Shown: positions 26,436 through 41,451 of the stretch, piece after piece | Numbering within the stretch: the first letter of the stretch is position 1 | Layout: each line of letters begins with the position of its first letter | DNA from: Octopus vulgaris | Lineage: Eukaryota | Length of the DNA stretch: 64,000 nucleotides | Direction: 5' to 3' | NCBI GenBank assembly: GCA_951406725.2 | Contig: OX597816.1 | Coordinates: 128,898,001 to 128,962,000, forward strand | Position numbers and translations under genes: made by a program | Notes under the pieces: model-generated | Told to the model about the DNA's origin: nothing | What the model saw: only the letters and a program-made list of their open reading frames with translations | Database searches by the model: none

Positions 26436-29431
26436 AATGTATGTATGTACGTATGTATGTATGTAGGTAGGTAGGTATACACACACACATATTTTACTCA
26501 GAGCTTGCACTGTAGGGCTTTCCTTCCATTAGTTGTCAGGTGAAAATCACAATGATTTCAACACTCACCAACTGACAATAACACTCTTCTGGAGATGTCA
26601 AACAATATTGATACTACCAAGGTATATCCAGGTTCTTTTTGTCTATACTGTAGAACATTGTTTTTTTTTTTTGGGGGGGGGTTCCATTATAACTGCCATT
26701 ATGATATCAATCATGCAGCAATTATTTTGCTCTCCTACTCCTTGAGGATTTGATCTTTGCTCTCAGCTCTGATATTTTCTTCCACATACCACTTCAGTAT
26801 ACATAATAAAGCATTTTAGCTATCTAAATAATGTATTTATATGTAAGTATGTATGAATGCAATACATGCACCACACGTGCATGCACACACACACACACAT
26901 ACACACACACACACACACACACATAACATGCATACAATAATGGGAACACAGATTAATTGGAATAAAGATGAACACAAAATTAATTACTAATATACTTGAC
27001 TATTTGACTTTTGCCTATTTCAGATCCATTTAATATTGAATTGATATATCTGCAGCAGCTTCCTTGAGTTCTAATTGCCCTATCACTATCTTCTAAAAAT
27101 TGAAATTCAGAGAACATTAATCTGAAATTGTTGATAGCTGAATACAAATATGCAGCAATTTGGAAATGCCATATTATTTTAATGTAATCTGCATTAAATA
27201 AAAGCAAAGTTTAATGGAAAAAATTTCATAGTTATCTTTCATATAGTTAATAAATATTTTTTTTAAAAATTGTATGGGATTATATAATTTTAAAATAAAA
27301 TGTGATAGAATTTCAAAATAGAAGTTTTAAACTAAAATGTCATGTTCTCTAAAAGGTATCGCTTAAATAAATCTTATTATTGGAGAAAGAAAATTGCTTA
27401 GCTTTCATAAGAATTTGGTTATTTTATTATTAAAAGCAACATATAAGGAACAAGGAAAGGTTTTGATATGAAAGCTTTCCTTAAATATTTCAGAAAAATA
27501 TTCTTTATACTGCTATTGAATTATTTCAAACTTCACTGATAGGTTTTAAAAGAGAAAAAAAATATATTAATTCACATTCTGTTATTAAATTTTAAAAGCT
27601 TCAATGTATTTCTATATGGTTTTTGTTTTTGTTTTGGTGTTTTATTATTATTATATATATACACACACACATATACATACATATATATAATGTTTTTTAT
27701 GCTTGTTTGTATTTAGTTTACAAGTCTTATTTTACAATTGTATGACTATATCCTCTATTTTAAAGCCAAAATATAATCATATTCAAATAGCGTTTGCAAT
27801 ATTTAATAGAAATTATCACCAAATAGTTTTATTTTATAACTGATTTATCACCAATAGAAATTTTTCTTACAGCTTCATTTAAAATACTGTTATTGCACAA
27901 ATGGAAAAAAGTAAAAACAAAACTAGGAAAAAAAAAATGGTGCCCCATATTAGTTCTTTGAGCCATTGACTTAGCAACACTTTAGACTATATGATAAATT
28001 TCTCTTCAAATTAAATACAAACATGGATATAATGAAATTGCTATTTTCCCTCAACTCAGATTGGACTAAACTACTCTCTTCAGCTATGTCTTCAATCACT
28101 TCCATTTTAAACCTTTCATGCATTTTCATAAAGAATTCCACAATAATTACATCAGAAATCATGACCATAGGTCATGATTTTGCAGAAAAATTCAAAGAAT
28201 TATTGTTTCTTTTCTCACAGAACTTTTGATGCATATGAGAGTTTTGATTCATTGTTCAAAGAATTCAAAGAGAAAACAGATTGTGCTTGCTGTATTAAAT
28301 CGTCACACAGTGTTGAAATAGACAATAACCACAGTGAGATATAAATGCCATGCACAATGGCATTTGCTTCTCTTATGTTTATATGCATGCATTATAAGGA
28401 ATCAAGAAAGGGCAATGTTTTCAAAGGCAATGGAATTACCTAACATGTGACTGTCAGACATTTGTGTTTTCATCTACTTTGAAAGGAGAACTGAGAGGGA
28501 ATCACTTTAATTTGTTGCATAATCATGGTGTGTGACACCAGATTTATGGCTATACTGATGTCTGCATCATTACTGGACTGAAAATCAGAACAGGAATGAT
28601 AAAATAGTCAAGCTGTATGACAAGAGCATGTAGGTGAAATATCTACCGGGAACTAAATTCATTGCTTTCAATATGTACAGAATCTCAAAAAGCTAAGCAA
28701 ATATTGAATCAAGCTGAGATAAAAGAATAGTTCTAGGCAATTAGAGACTGGACAAATTAGGACTCATGTTTCAATGGACAATATTTATGGAATCCAGGTG
28801 AGTGCATACTGCGTGATTGATTTCTGTTTTTAAGCTTCTTGTGTTTATTGACAATAGAGCCATCTATAAAATAAGTAAATATAGATATCCTACAGTATAT
28901 AATACAAATTTAGGACAAGTTAAGACAAGAAAGATCAGATTTTTTTGTGTGTGTATCTATGTGAAGTGAAGCAAATGAAATGATTCAATATGTTGTGCAA
29001 ATATTTTCTGACATGACAAGTGATATTTCCAGAACTAAGTTTCGTATGCAGGCGATATGTAAATCATTGCTTCTTGCAACTGCTCTGCTGTGCAAATTTA
29101 CCACTCTGATATATTTTAAGAGATAAAGTTTCTGATCTAGATTTTCCTGTTGGTGATAAACGTAAAAATTCTTTCATATAAAATGTATGAAGCCAATAGT
29201 CAGAAACTTTCAGAAAAATACTACCAAACTTACAATAGCACACAGTTTTGTTAATATAGGAGGGAATAATCTTTCTATATTTATATTCTCTGATAGTTGC
29301 TGCCACAATAACTAAACAAGGATTGTTGTAATTGATTTAAATACATTGTAGTTTTGTATGAATAAATGCTTTGTTGTTTTTGCATTATTGTGTAGCCCCA
29401 GGAAACCTCAATCAAGCACAACTATGATTAA

Positions 29432-29652
29432 CCCTTTAGTGTTCGCATTATTCTGCCAAAATGAATGCTTCTTCATCCACTTTGTTTTGAATTAATCATG
29501 CATTATCTTGTAGCTATGAGATTTTAATGAGGTAGCTGTTAATTTTTAAAACAATATTGTAGGGTTGGTGTAAGAGACCAGATCTGGCCAGTTTGACCAT
29601 AAAACAGGCAGAATACTTTTGGCCGGATATGGCCGGTTTAAATGCTAAAGGG
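29432..29652. mobile_element. piggyBac-type MITE with TTAA target duplication
   Basis: TTAA-ccctttagtgtt ... aatgctaaaggg-TTAA. Confidence 0.85.
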
Positions 29653-30589
29653 TTAAAGACATCTTGTTGTCTTATATTTTTAGGGCAATATTATATAATG
29701 AGTTCTTTCCTTATTTGATAATATAGCAAAGTGCAATTCAAAGCTGCTATATAACTCTTTTGTGTTGGTGTTTAATAGATACATGTATTTACCTTAAGAT
29801 TTGTACCAAAAAGCTTTATTACTAATTCAAACTTTAAATATAAAATTTATTTAATCCAAAAGAACTGTATTTCCAGTTCCAGAAATATAATTACATTTAG
29901 TCAATATGAATATTTTCAAGAGTATTAGAAAGAAATTTACAACAAAGATATATAATTTATTGTGTAAAGTATAGGCAGTATGTTCATCTTCCATACTGTT
30001 ATGTCTGATGTACTTTTGTCATAATCTTCTTCATTGTTGTCATAGCATCATAACGACGATAATACTACCCATACTGTGAATATTATCACTGTTAATATTG
30101 TAAAGGGGTATTGCTAATATTGTTGTTGCCGAAGAAATGTCAGTCGCCAATACTGATATAGCAGTAGAAGGAGTTCAAGTGGTATTATGAAATATTATTG
30201 AAACAAATCTGGAAATATCAAAATATATTGTGAAACATGCTTGTCCAAATCTCAGGGGTATTACTAATTTAGAAAATATAAATTTAGCCAAGTTGAAATG
30301 CAGAATTTGTTTACAAAGGTAGTATTTTATACTATTACTAGAATACCCATGTCGTCTAAAATGCCAACAGCTTTATTAATGATAGAAAGCAGCACATCAA
30401 AACAATGGGAGAAACCACTAATAAATGTCAGCAATCAAGTATGTAGACAGTATTGAAACACTTTAAAAATCATCAGCTGTCAGCTGCCCATCTACTCCTC
30501 ATTTCAAGCAAGTGCAGAATAATGCAAGAACAGCATGAATAGGATATGATCCTTATATCGCTGAAAACTTTTTCAGTGGCTAACCTTAT

Positions 30590-30815
30590 TTAAGTATGTG
30601 AGTGTGTCCATATTTGTCCTTCCACCATCGTTTGTCAACTAATGCTGGTGTGTTTACATCTCTTAACTTAGTGGTTCAGCAAAAGAGACCAATAGAATAC
30701 TAGGCTTACAAAGAATAAGTCCTAAGGTCAATTTCTTCAACTAAAACTCTTTATGACAGTGCTCCAGCATGGCCACAGTTAAATGACTGAAACAAGTAAA
30801 AGGATAGGAATAAAA
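30590..30815 (+). mobile_element. SINE family A 3' half
   Basis: tgctggtgtgtttac...aggcttacaaagaataagtcc...aaatgactgaaacaagtaaaag. Confidence 0.8.
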
Positions 30816-31009
30816 GAATATATATACAGAGCCACACAGTGTATTATATATATTGATGATCATAGAATAGGAAAATATTTATTCTACTTGTTAATTTGAC
30901 TGTGATAATAAGCCTAATCAACAAGATAAAATTATTGTTAATGATTAAGAGGACTTCAGTTCTGGCATCAAGAAATGTTACACGAAATACAGTGAAATAT
31001 TTCTATGCA

Positions 31010-31070
<61 letters not shown>

Positions 31071-31599
31071 CTGTATATTCTAGTAGGGTAGGTCCATTGT
31101 GTTAAGTAAAATAGAAAGGTTTACCAGTATCTGATGTTATAATTCAGCTAAACATGTCTATGAAGGCCAGTTGAAGAGTGGTAACTGTTCTCTAGAGAAC
31201 AATGCATGTAGAAGAAAAATGTTCCTTGTGATGACTGCATGCACAGAAAGGGGCCTGTTCCATGTACAACAACACAGGTAATAATGATTGTTCCCTTGTG
31301 GTAACATGAGTAGAAAAATGTGATCTGTATTAACAGTAATTTGGTATGATTGATGATGTTGTATCAGGTGAATTGCTGATTGGTTAAGGAGAAGAATTAA
31401 ATAAATTCAAGCAGCAACTAAATTCAAAGGTGAGAGTTTGAATTACTGACTCATAACAAATGTAATCTTTTCTTTTTTAAAGAGAGAAATACATTATAAT
31501 CTCAAAAAATAGCTCTCTTCACCAAGTCATCACTTTAACATGACATTTATTTCATCTTAATTAATAATTCAAATAATATACAACTACAGATGTAGTTCT

Positions 31600-31875
31600 G
31601 TACATGTACATGTGTGCATGTACATGTGTGCATGTACATACATATGCACACACAATACATACATACAATACATACATACATGCATACATATGTGCATACA
31701 TACACACATACATACATACATACATAATACAAATATACATACATACATATGTGTATGCATGCATACATACATAAATTCATACATACATACATACATACAT
31801 ACATACATACATACATACATACATACATACATACATACATACATACATACATACATACATACATACACACATACA
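31600..31875. repeat. (CATA)n-rich microsatellite
   Basis: Direct inspection. Confidence 0.95.
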
Positions 31876-31879
31876 ACAA

Positions 31880-32960
31880 GAACTCAATGAGATAGTTGTT
31901 TGAACTTGCAAACTACTCCATGTTACAGGAAACTTCAAAATCAATGAAACTGTAGACAGGGTGTACTTCCTATGCAATGTTGGTGGAATTTATTTCAAAT
32001 CTGTTTTGATGTCATATCAAGCATGTATAGTGACACTGAAGCGACATCTACAGCAGAGGAAAGAGACCAGTCACTATCTTGCTCAAGTTTGTGACTATGA
32101 AATGAACAACATAGTTAGGATGGCAAAGGAACATGAGGAGAGGTATGAAATATGAACTGATATAGATCTCTCCCCAAGGAACATTGGTAAAATCTATTTA
32201 TCAAAAGAACAATATTTAAAAAAATGAACCAGTTCATAAAGATAACACATTGTTACTTAGCATGGAAAACACAAACCATAGAAGGGATTGATTGTGCCAA
32301 AAAACTTGGCAGAGAGTAGCAACAAGTTTAGGATGTTCTACTTCAAAAGCCACATCTATGCGATTCAAGATGAAGAGATCCCAACTAAGTACCTACAGCA
32401 CAAAAGGCAGAAAACATTGGCAAACAACAAATGTAAACTGTGCAAGACCAAGACTGAAGACATCAAACACATTATCACTAACTGCAAGAGAATGTCTTCC
32501 AGATGATATGATGTGGTGGCCAGAATAGTTTGGAACAGGATAATGGAAAAGAAAACATCTACAGACAAAGCTGACTACAATATTGAGACAAATGGGTCAA
32601 AAGAGTATTGGTTGAACTTAAAAATCAAAACATCCACCAAATTAAAAGACAACCAGCCAGATAATGTTGAGTGGAAAAGGTATGTTCTGTTGTGGAAATC
32701 AGTTGCTTTTGGACACCAGTATGATTAGAAAAGTACAAGAGAAGGAGGACATGTATAGACCATTGATAAAGCATATAAAAATCCAGGAATCAAAATACAC
32801 TTTCAGCTTCATATATACTACTGTTCAAGTAACAGGATACATACAAAACCTGTCTAGAGCAAAGAATGACTGATCTTGGATTCTTGGGGAGAAAGCACAA
32901 ATCTATAATTCATACATTACAAATAATCATAATATCTGGGAATATAAAAAATTACTAAAG
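31880..32960 (+). mobile_element. R4-like LINE C-terminal region (CCHC knuckle and RLE endonuclease), decayed
   Basis: VDRVYFLCNVGG...IYAIQDEEIPTK...CKLCKTKTEDIKHIITNC...YDVVAR...NQPD...QEKEDMYRPL. Confidence 0.8.
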
Positions 32961-33715
32961 GATGATGAACAAAACAAGATGCTATCGTTCACAACTTGCT
33001 GCCAAGCACATGGCTGGCCGAAATTAACTCTAAATTAAAAAGGAAAAGGGAACGTATAAATGTATATGCATAAGGAATCAGGCATAGCTGTGTAGTTGAG
33101 AAATTTTCTTCTCAACCATGTGGCTTTTGGTTCTATCATTTTACATAACACCTTGACCAAACATCTTCTATTATAGTTCCAGGTGAACCAAAGCTTTGTG
33201 AGTTGATTTGGAAGATGTAAGCTCAAAAATTAGCCAATAATGTGTATGTGTGTGTGAGTGCATGTGTGAGTGTATGTGTGTGTGTGAGTGTGTGTGTGTG
33301 TGCACGCATGTGTGTGTTTGTGTGTGTATAAACAGTCACATATATATAGCATGTGTTTTGCATATACACCAAATTTGCTGCAGGATAGCTGCTCAAACGA
33401 CAGTGAGTGTTTATGAACACCTGAATGTCACAAATCAGGTAAGGCAAGACAACTCACCTCAAAATCACTGAGACTGGTAGATATTAGTATTATTGCAGCT
33501 CATCAATACCATTTACCCTGATCATCTCAAAACAAAGTGAATCACTGGTATGTAACTTATATGCAAATAGAGTGAAATCCATTTGCACATGTGAAAGAAA
33601 ATTATTTTACAAATTAAAAGCAGCACAAGCAAAGTAAACATTATCAGTCACACATACATAGGGTATGTGTTTTGCTTATGAGCCAAATTGTTGTGGGATA
33701 GCATCTAGAGAAAGC

Positions 33716-33749
<34 letters not shown>

Positions 33750-33752
33750 CAC

Positions 33753-34055
33753 ATCATCATCATTGTTTAACGTCTGCTTTCCATGCTGGCACGGGTTGGA
33801 TGGTTTGACTGAGGACTGGCAAGCCAGGTGGCTGCACCAGGCTCCAATCTGTTCTGGCAAGGTTTCTACAGCTGGATACCCTTCCTAATGCCATGCACTC
33901 CGAGAGTGTAGTGGGTGCTTTTTACGTGTCACCAGCACAGAGGCCAGTCAGGCAGCACTTGCATCAACCACACTCGAATGGTGCTTTTTACATGCCACTG
34001 GCATTGGCCCTGTTCAAACAGGTACTTTTTACATGCCATCAACATGCGTGCCAGT
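33753..34055 (-). mobile_element. RTE 3' UTR fragment
   Basis: (atc)n tail and three gtgctttttac.tg.cac sub-repeats. Confidence 0.85.
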
Positions 34056-34057
34056 CA

Positions 34058-34784
<727 letters not shown>

Positions 34785-34822
34785 GGATCAACTATATATA
34801 TATGTATATACAATATAGTGTA

Positions 34823-35215
34823 CGACCTTCATACTGGTGAAAAGAGAAAAACATCCCTCTATGGTTCGTCCACTTATGCCACATCACCTGAAGAAATGAA
34901 TCAATGATGATGATCAACCAGATGCCCACAGATACTACGGACTACACTGTAATCATCCCAGGAATATGGACTGTGATTTTAAAAGTCATGTGATTTGGGG
35001 AAACAAACATAGCAATGCATTAAATATTTATAAATTCCATTCTAGGGTTATTGTTATTATTGCAATAATCATCTTACATAATATCAGTATAACTTGATGC
35101 AACCCTGAAAACCTGATCACTGGTCAGTATAATTAGATGGTAGTCGGTGTAATGGAATAGGAGCTTTATTTGCATATTCTAAATGTTACCATCCATAAGC
35201 AAATTTAAAAGATAT
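34823..35215 (+). mobile_element. Dispersed repeat homologous to 59732-60121 (probable Penelope-like terminal repeat)
   Basis: cctgaagaaatgaatc..gatgcccacagatactacggact..gcaatgcattaaat..gctttatttgcatattc shared. Confidence 0.7.
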
Positions 35216-35223
35216 ATATATAT

Positions 35224-35620
35224 ACTCTTTTACTCATTTCTGTCATGTGACTGTGGCCATGCTGGAGCACTACCTTTAGTTGAGCAAATCAACCCCCAGG
35301 ACTTATTCTTTGTAAGCCTAGTACTTATTCTATCAGTCTCTTTTGCCAAACTGCTAAGCTGCGGGGACATAAACAAACCAGCATCGGTTCTCAAGCAATC
35401 TTGCGGGGGGGGGGGGAGACAAACACATACACACAAACATATACACATACATATATACAACAGGCTTCTTTCAGTTTCCGTCTACCAAATCCACTCACAA
35501 GGCTTTGGTCGGCCCGAGGCTATAGTAGAATACACTTGCCCAAGATGCCACACAGTGGGACTGAACCTGGAACCATGTGGCTCGTAAGCAAGGTACCTAC
35601 CACACAGCCACTCCTACACC
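35224..35620 (-). mobile_element. SINE family A, full length
   Basis: Reverse complement of family A consensus. Confidence 0.9.
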
Positions 35621-35665
<45 letters not shown>

Positions 35666-36179
35666 CGGGAAGCTTTATGAAAATAAACAAAAGACGAAGG
35701 CAGGTGGAGTACAAACAGGCAATTATATGTATATATATATATGGATGGATGGATGGATGGATGGATTGCTATGTATGCATATATGTATATATCTGTGTGA
35801 GTGTGTGCATGCACATGTCCATGTATGCACATTTGTTTACACCTGCAGCTCACTTTTGCTAAGGTTGCACTGTTTGCATGGTATTCTTGTTGACACTTAT
35901 TTTGTCATTGAATCACCTGCTAACGTTGGGCTTTGAAAGCCATGTGTTATAAGAGATCCTTTACTTTAAAAACAGGTTAGGGATAGCATCAAGGAGGACA
36001 TTTGGCTGTAAAACAAATGCCTCAATATCACGTTCATCTAATCCATACTAGCTTGGTAAAAGAAATGTAAAAACATACATACACACATGCACACACACAT
36101 ACTCTGTATGTGTGTGTGTGTTAAAAAGTTATACAATTTTGTGAAGTGGCTAATTCTTTTTTTCAGACACATGCTCAAG

Positions 36180-37996
36180 AAGAACTAGAGGAGAACATTC
36201 AGGACTAGAGAAGAAATTTCAGGTGTGGAAACAAGGTCTAGAATCACAGGGATTTAGAGTTAACCTAGAAAAACCAAAGTCTTAGTAAGTAGGAAAGCAG
36301 ACAAATCACAAATGCCTTCAGGTAGATGGCCTTGCTCAATCTGTAGGAAAGGTGTAGGTATAAATTCCATTAGATGTACATGATGCAAGCCATGGACACA
36401 TAAAAGGTGCAGCAATATGAGAGGAAGGTTAACTGAGAAAATAGTTTCATGTGTGGAAGATGCACAGGTACAATTAACACTAAAAGTGTAGAGAAAATAG
36501 ACTCCATTGATTGCCGGGTGGGGGCAGGGTAAGCTAAATGTAGCTGATAGCTTCTGTTATCTAGGTAAATAAGTCAGCAGTGGAGGTGGATGCTCCAGGA
36601 ACATAGCTGTGAGAATAAGAATAGGCTGGGCAAAGTTCAGAGAGCTCCTACTCTGCTGGATACAAAGGACTTCTCCCTCAGGGTGAAAGTCAGATTGTAT
36701 GATACCTGTGTGTGAACAGCTAAGCTACATCACACTGAAACATAAGCTGTGACCACCGAGGACATGCACAGACTTGAAAGAAATGAAGCTAGCATGCTTC
36801 ACTAGATGTGCAATGTTAGTGTGCATGTAAGACAGAGTGTAAGAGTCTTGAGAGAAAAGTTGGGCATAAAAGGCATCTGATGTGGTGTGCAAGAGATATG
36901 GTCAAGATGTGGTGTGCACTGATATGGTCAAGTGATGCATGTGAACGAGGACAGCAGTGCAAAACAGTGCCAATCTCTAACTGTGGAGGAAACTTGTGGA
37001 AGAGATAGACCTAGGAAGACACAGGACAAGGTGGTTAAGCATGATCTTCAAACATTGGGCCTTGCGGAGGCAATGACTAATGACCAAGACCTTTGGTGAT
37101 ATGGTATGCTTGAGAAGACCCGTCAAGCCAAATGAAATCATGGTTGTAGCAATTGCCGGCATCACGTAACTGGCACCCACGCGAGTGGCATGTAAAAAAA
37201 AAGCACCTTTCAAGTGTGGGCCACACGGAAGTAATGTGGCCAATGCTGGTATCATGTAACTAGCATGTAAAAAGCATGTTTCAAGCATTAGGCTTCCCAG
37301 AGGCAATGTGGCCAATGCCAGTGTCACGTAACTAGCACCTGTGCTGATGTCGCATAACTTGCACCTGTCTCAGTGTTGTGTAACTAGCACCTTGTGCTAG
37401 TGGCACATAAAATGCACCTTTCAAACATTGGGCCTCAGAGCAGCAATGACAAATGACCAAGATATTTGGCAATATGCCATGTTTGAGTAGAAGACCCAAG
37501 TAAAATCATAGTCGTGGCAGATATTGGTGTCACATAAAAGTTGTAGCAGATATTAAATAAAATAAATGTGCCCTTTTAAAGCCTAGCCAGGCTCATCGGC
37601 CTGGTTTCCTGGTTTCAATAGTGTATGTGTTCCCCAGCTGGACGGGACACCAGTCCATCACAGCATTACTCATTTTTACCAGCTGAGTGGACTGGAGCAA
37701 CATGAAATGAAGTGTTTTGCTCAAGAACACAATGCGTCACCCGGTCCAGGAATCGAAACTACAATCTTACGATCAAGATGCTGACACCCTAACCACTAAG
37801 CGACGTGCCTCCACATGGCAGATATTGGTGACACATAAAAGCACTTATTACACTTTCAGAGTGGTTGGCATTAGGAAGGGCATCCAATCACAGAAATGAT
37901 GCCAAATCAGACTAGAGTCTGGTACAGCCCTTCAGCTTGCCAACCCTCGTCAAACTGTCCAACCCATGCCAGATGGACAACGGTCGTTAAATGATG
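36180..37996 (+). mobile_element. Decayed 5'-truncated RTE LINE (same family as 4970-6300) with nested SINE
   Basis: VWKQGLESQGFRVNLEKTKVL...WPCSICRKG...WTHKRC...RIRIGWAKFRELL...RPRKT...; 3' UTR resumes at 37816 and ends ttaaatgatga. Confidence 0.9.
37555..37814 (-). mobile_element. SINE family D (tRNA head) inserted in the RTE 3' UTR
   Basis: Minus: gtggaggcacgtcgcttagtggttaggg..gtttcgattcc..gtgttcttgagcaaaacactt..gatggactggtgtcccgtccag; flanks tagcagatatt/tggcagatatt. Confidence 0.85.
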
Positions 37997-38498
37997 AGAA
38001 ATGTTGCTAAGAGAAATGTTGTCTCTTAGCAAAAACAATGGAATTTTAATGTCAATTTCATGACCATTTATTGACTCCTCTAGTGATGATTGTATATAGT
38101 GACATGGCGTGATCCTCAAAAGTTCTTCATCATTAACAATGTAATATCCAAAATTTCAAATTGCATACATCAAACATGTGCTCTATCTCTAATCATCAGT
38201 CATAAAGGCAGTTTTAATTTAATCTTCAGTTTACAAAGGAAAATTTCTAAAATGAACAAATGAAATTAAATTAGGTTAGATGTATATTTCGAGCTTCACT
38301 CTTTTAGTCTAACAGTAATCAGTTATGCTAACAACATTGTAATGTTAAAAAATAAACTTAAAAAAAAACAAAAACAAGTATAAAAATAAATTGCTTCATG
38401 ATAATATAGTCTACAGAATTTGACAGAAGTTCTGTTTGTAGATTGATGTATTTTTGGTGTTTGCAGGAAGTATCTAAGCATTGTTTTCTTCAAAGAAT

Positions 38499-38540
<42 letters not shown>

Positions 38541-39296
38541 TATATACACACACACACATATGATGACAGGAATTTCTAACTATAATTCTGTACAATTTCT
38601 GCTATCTTAAAAATGTGGTTTTATCAAGATAAAGTATATAAGAAGTCATAGATTTTGATATAGAAACTATTTGTACATATTTAGACTTGTTGCAAACAAA
38701 GAAGAAGTGTCTTGTATTGTTCTTGTTGCAGTTACAATTGCTTTTGTTGTTATAACTGAGAATGCTGTTCTTCCTACCGCTACTGGCATACTTTTTGTTG
38801 CATTTGTTAGTATTGTTCTTGGATAGTTTATAAGCAAATTGAGATTCTTGAGTAGCTGAAGCTAATGTAAACTGAAATCTGAGCTATATTCTATGTGTTT
38901 AGTGACCCCTGAAACAAAATAATTAAACTTCAACCAAAACTGCTGCTTTCATTTATGAAAAAAAAAAATAACAAAAATAACCCAAAGCATAAAAGAAACA
39001 ATATCTATTGTAATCTGGTTGTTAAGTACTTGACATCTTTATTCTCTTTTTTTTTTTTCTATTTTTGGGGGTTTTTTGTTGAGATTTGTAACAGTTTTTA
39101 AAGAAGATTTACTATCATGCACTAAAACATGTTTAATATGGTTTTGAAAAAGCGAAAACTCAGTAGAGTTTTAAAGAAATGTGGTTTTTGATATTATTGT
39201 ATTCCAGTACTTTATATATACAACTCAGATTGAAGGGAAATTAGTTGATTTTAAGAATAGAGGTGGATTAGATATTGGATATTTATTTATTCACTT

Positions 39297-40370
39297 CATC
39301 ATCATCATCATCATCATCGTTTAGCGTCCGCTTTCCGTGCTAGCATGGGTTGGACGGTTCAACTGGAGTCTGGGAAGCCAGAAGGCTGCACCAGGCCCAG
39401 TTTGATCTGGCAATGTTTCTACGGCTGGATGCCCTTCCTAACGTCAACCACTCCATGAGTGTAGTGGGTGCTTTTTACGTGCCACCGGCACAGGTGGCAG
39501 ACGAGTCTGGCAAATGGCCACGATCGGATGGTGCTTTTTATGTGTCACCAGCACGAGGCCAGTCAGGGCAGCGCTGGCAATGGCCACAAATGGATGGTGC
39601 TTTTTACATGCCACCGGCACAAGGCCAGTCGGGGCGGTGCTGGCAACGACCACGTTCGGATGGTTCTCTTACGTGCCACCGGCACTGGTAACTCAGCTGC
39701 AATTTCCATTGATCGATTTCGATTCTGATTCTCACTTGCTTCAACAGGTTTTCACAAGTAGAGTTTTGTGTCCAAAGAAGGGAAGGTATGCATCCCATGT
39801 AGAAGGCCATGGGTTATGGCCTCACTTGTCCTGCCGGGTCTTCTCACACACAGCATACTTCCAGAGGTCTCGGTCCCTAGTTATTTCCTCAGTGAGACCT
39901 AAAGTAAGCTATGGACACATAAGAGGCGCAGCAATGTCAAAGGAAGGCTAACTAGGAAGATAGTTTTTGTATGTGGCAGATGCTCAGGAACAATAAACAC
40001 TGAAAATGCTCTGAGACCAACTTCTGTCACTTTCCAGAGAGAAAAACTAGAAATAGTTGATAGCTTCCGTTACCTAGGTGACCAAGTCAGCAGTGGGGGG
40101 CGGGTGTGCTGAAAGTGTAACTGCTAGAGTAAGAATAGCTTGGGCAAAGTTCAGAGAGCTCTTACCTCTGCTGGTGACGAAAGGCCTCTCGCTCAGAGTA
40201 AAAGGCAGACTGTATGATGCGTGTGTACGAACAGCGTGCTACATGGCAGTGAAACATGGGCCGTGACTGCTGAGGATATGCGTAAGCTCGCAAGAAATGA
40301 AGCCAGTATACTCTGATGGATGTGTAATGTCAGTGTTCATACTCGACAGAGTGTAAGTACCTTGAGAGAA
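39297..40370 (-). mobile_element. RTE LINE with inverted 5' segment
   Basis: 39297-39905 is tail, 3' UTR and ORF end on minus; 39904-40370 is KLWTHKR...VSTLRE on plus. Confidence 0.88.
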
Positions 40371-40983
40371 TTAATTATTTTTGTATATTTGGAACAGTAT
40401 ACAATATCTTTATTGCTTGTAGTATTTTGATGGGAAATTATAGATGACAGGATATCTAAAAGATATATCTTATTTATGGCAGAGTGTTGAAAATTAGATA
40501 ACGAGCTAATCTGCAAGTTGAGTTAGCTACAAGGTTCTGATTCTTCATTGTAGCTGTTCACTCTGTTTATATCCCTAATGCTCTTCATAAAGAAATGAAA
40601 ATCACAACTAATTTCCGATAAGTCAATGGGACTAATCACCCACTAATGAATATTTCTAATTATGAAAGTCAATTAACTCCATTGCACTTGTGTGGGATCA
40701 ATAAGTAAAATATTGATTGATTAATCTCTCTTAAATGTGGGGGTGAAATTTTAAGTAATTTGAGAGTTTTCAGAAGATATCAGATTCAGACTAATGGCCA
40801 TAGATCTAAGTAAGACATTGATTCCACGAATATTTTTTCTTTTTTTAACAGTTTTTTCAAAGTTTTGGCAGTTTGGCAGCATCTCGGAGACAGACAATGC
40901 CAAGCTGACAAAAGAAAAATACAAGTGATCATCTAAAATTTAATCACCCATTCTTCTACCCAGTTAAATATTTTCCTTACAAT

Positions 40984-41170
40984 GGTGGAGGCACATGGCT
41001 TAGTAGTTAGGATGTTGGACTCATGATTGTAAGATTGTGGTTTTGATTCATAGACCAAACAATACATTGTGTTCTTGAGCAAAATACTTCATTTCGCATT
41101 GCTCCAGTGTTCACTCTGTTGGTAAAAGTGAGCAATCCTCTGATGAACTGGCATCCCACTTAAAAAGGAA
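40984..41170 (+). mobile_element. SINE family D copy
   Basis: ggtggaggcacatggcttagtagttagg..gtgttcttgagcaaaatacttcatttc. Confidence 0.75.
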
Positions 41171-41209
41171 TATACTATACATACATACATACATACATAT
41201 ATATGTATA

Positions 41210-41259
<50 letters not shown>

Positions 41260-41297
41260 TATATACACACACATATATATATATATGCATATATATG

Positions 41298-41329
<32 letters not shown>

Positions 41330-41331
41330 TG

Positions 41332-41365
<34 letters not shown>

Positions 41366-41370
41366 TATAT

Positions 41371-41401
<31 letters not shown>

Positions 41402-41418
41402 TACACACACACACACAC

Positions 41419-41451
<33 letters not shown>

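Noticed and set aside
28735-28803. Possible exon ending in CAG/GTGAGT (also CAG/GTAAGT near 19684)
   Set aside because: No good acceptor or recognisable peptide; such motifs are expected by chance
39468-39685. CRISPR-like pattern of ~24-bp palindromic repeats with ~40-bp spacers
   Set aside because: Spacers resemble one another, the array lies in a LINE 3' UTR, there are no cas genes and the context is eukaryotic
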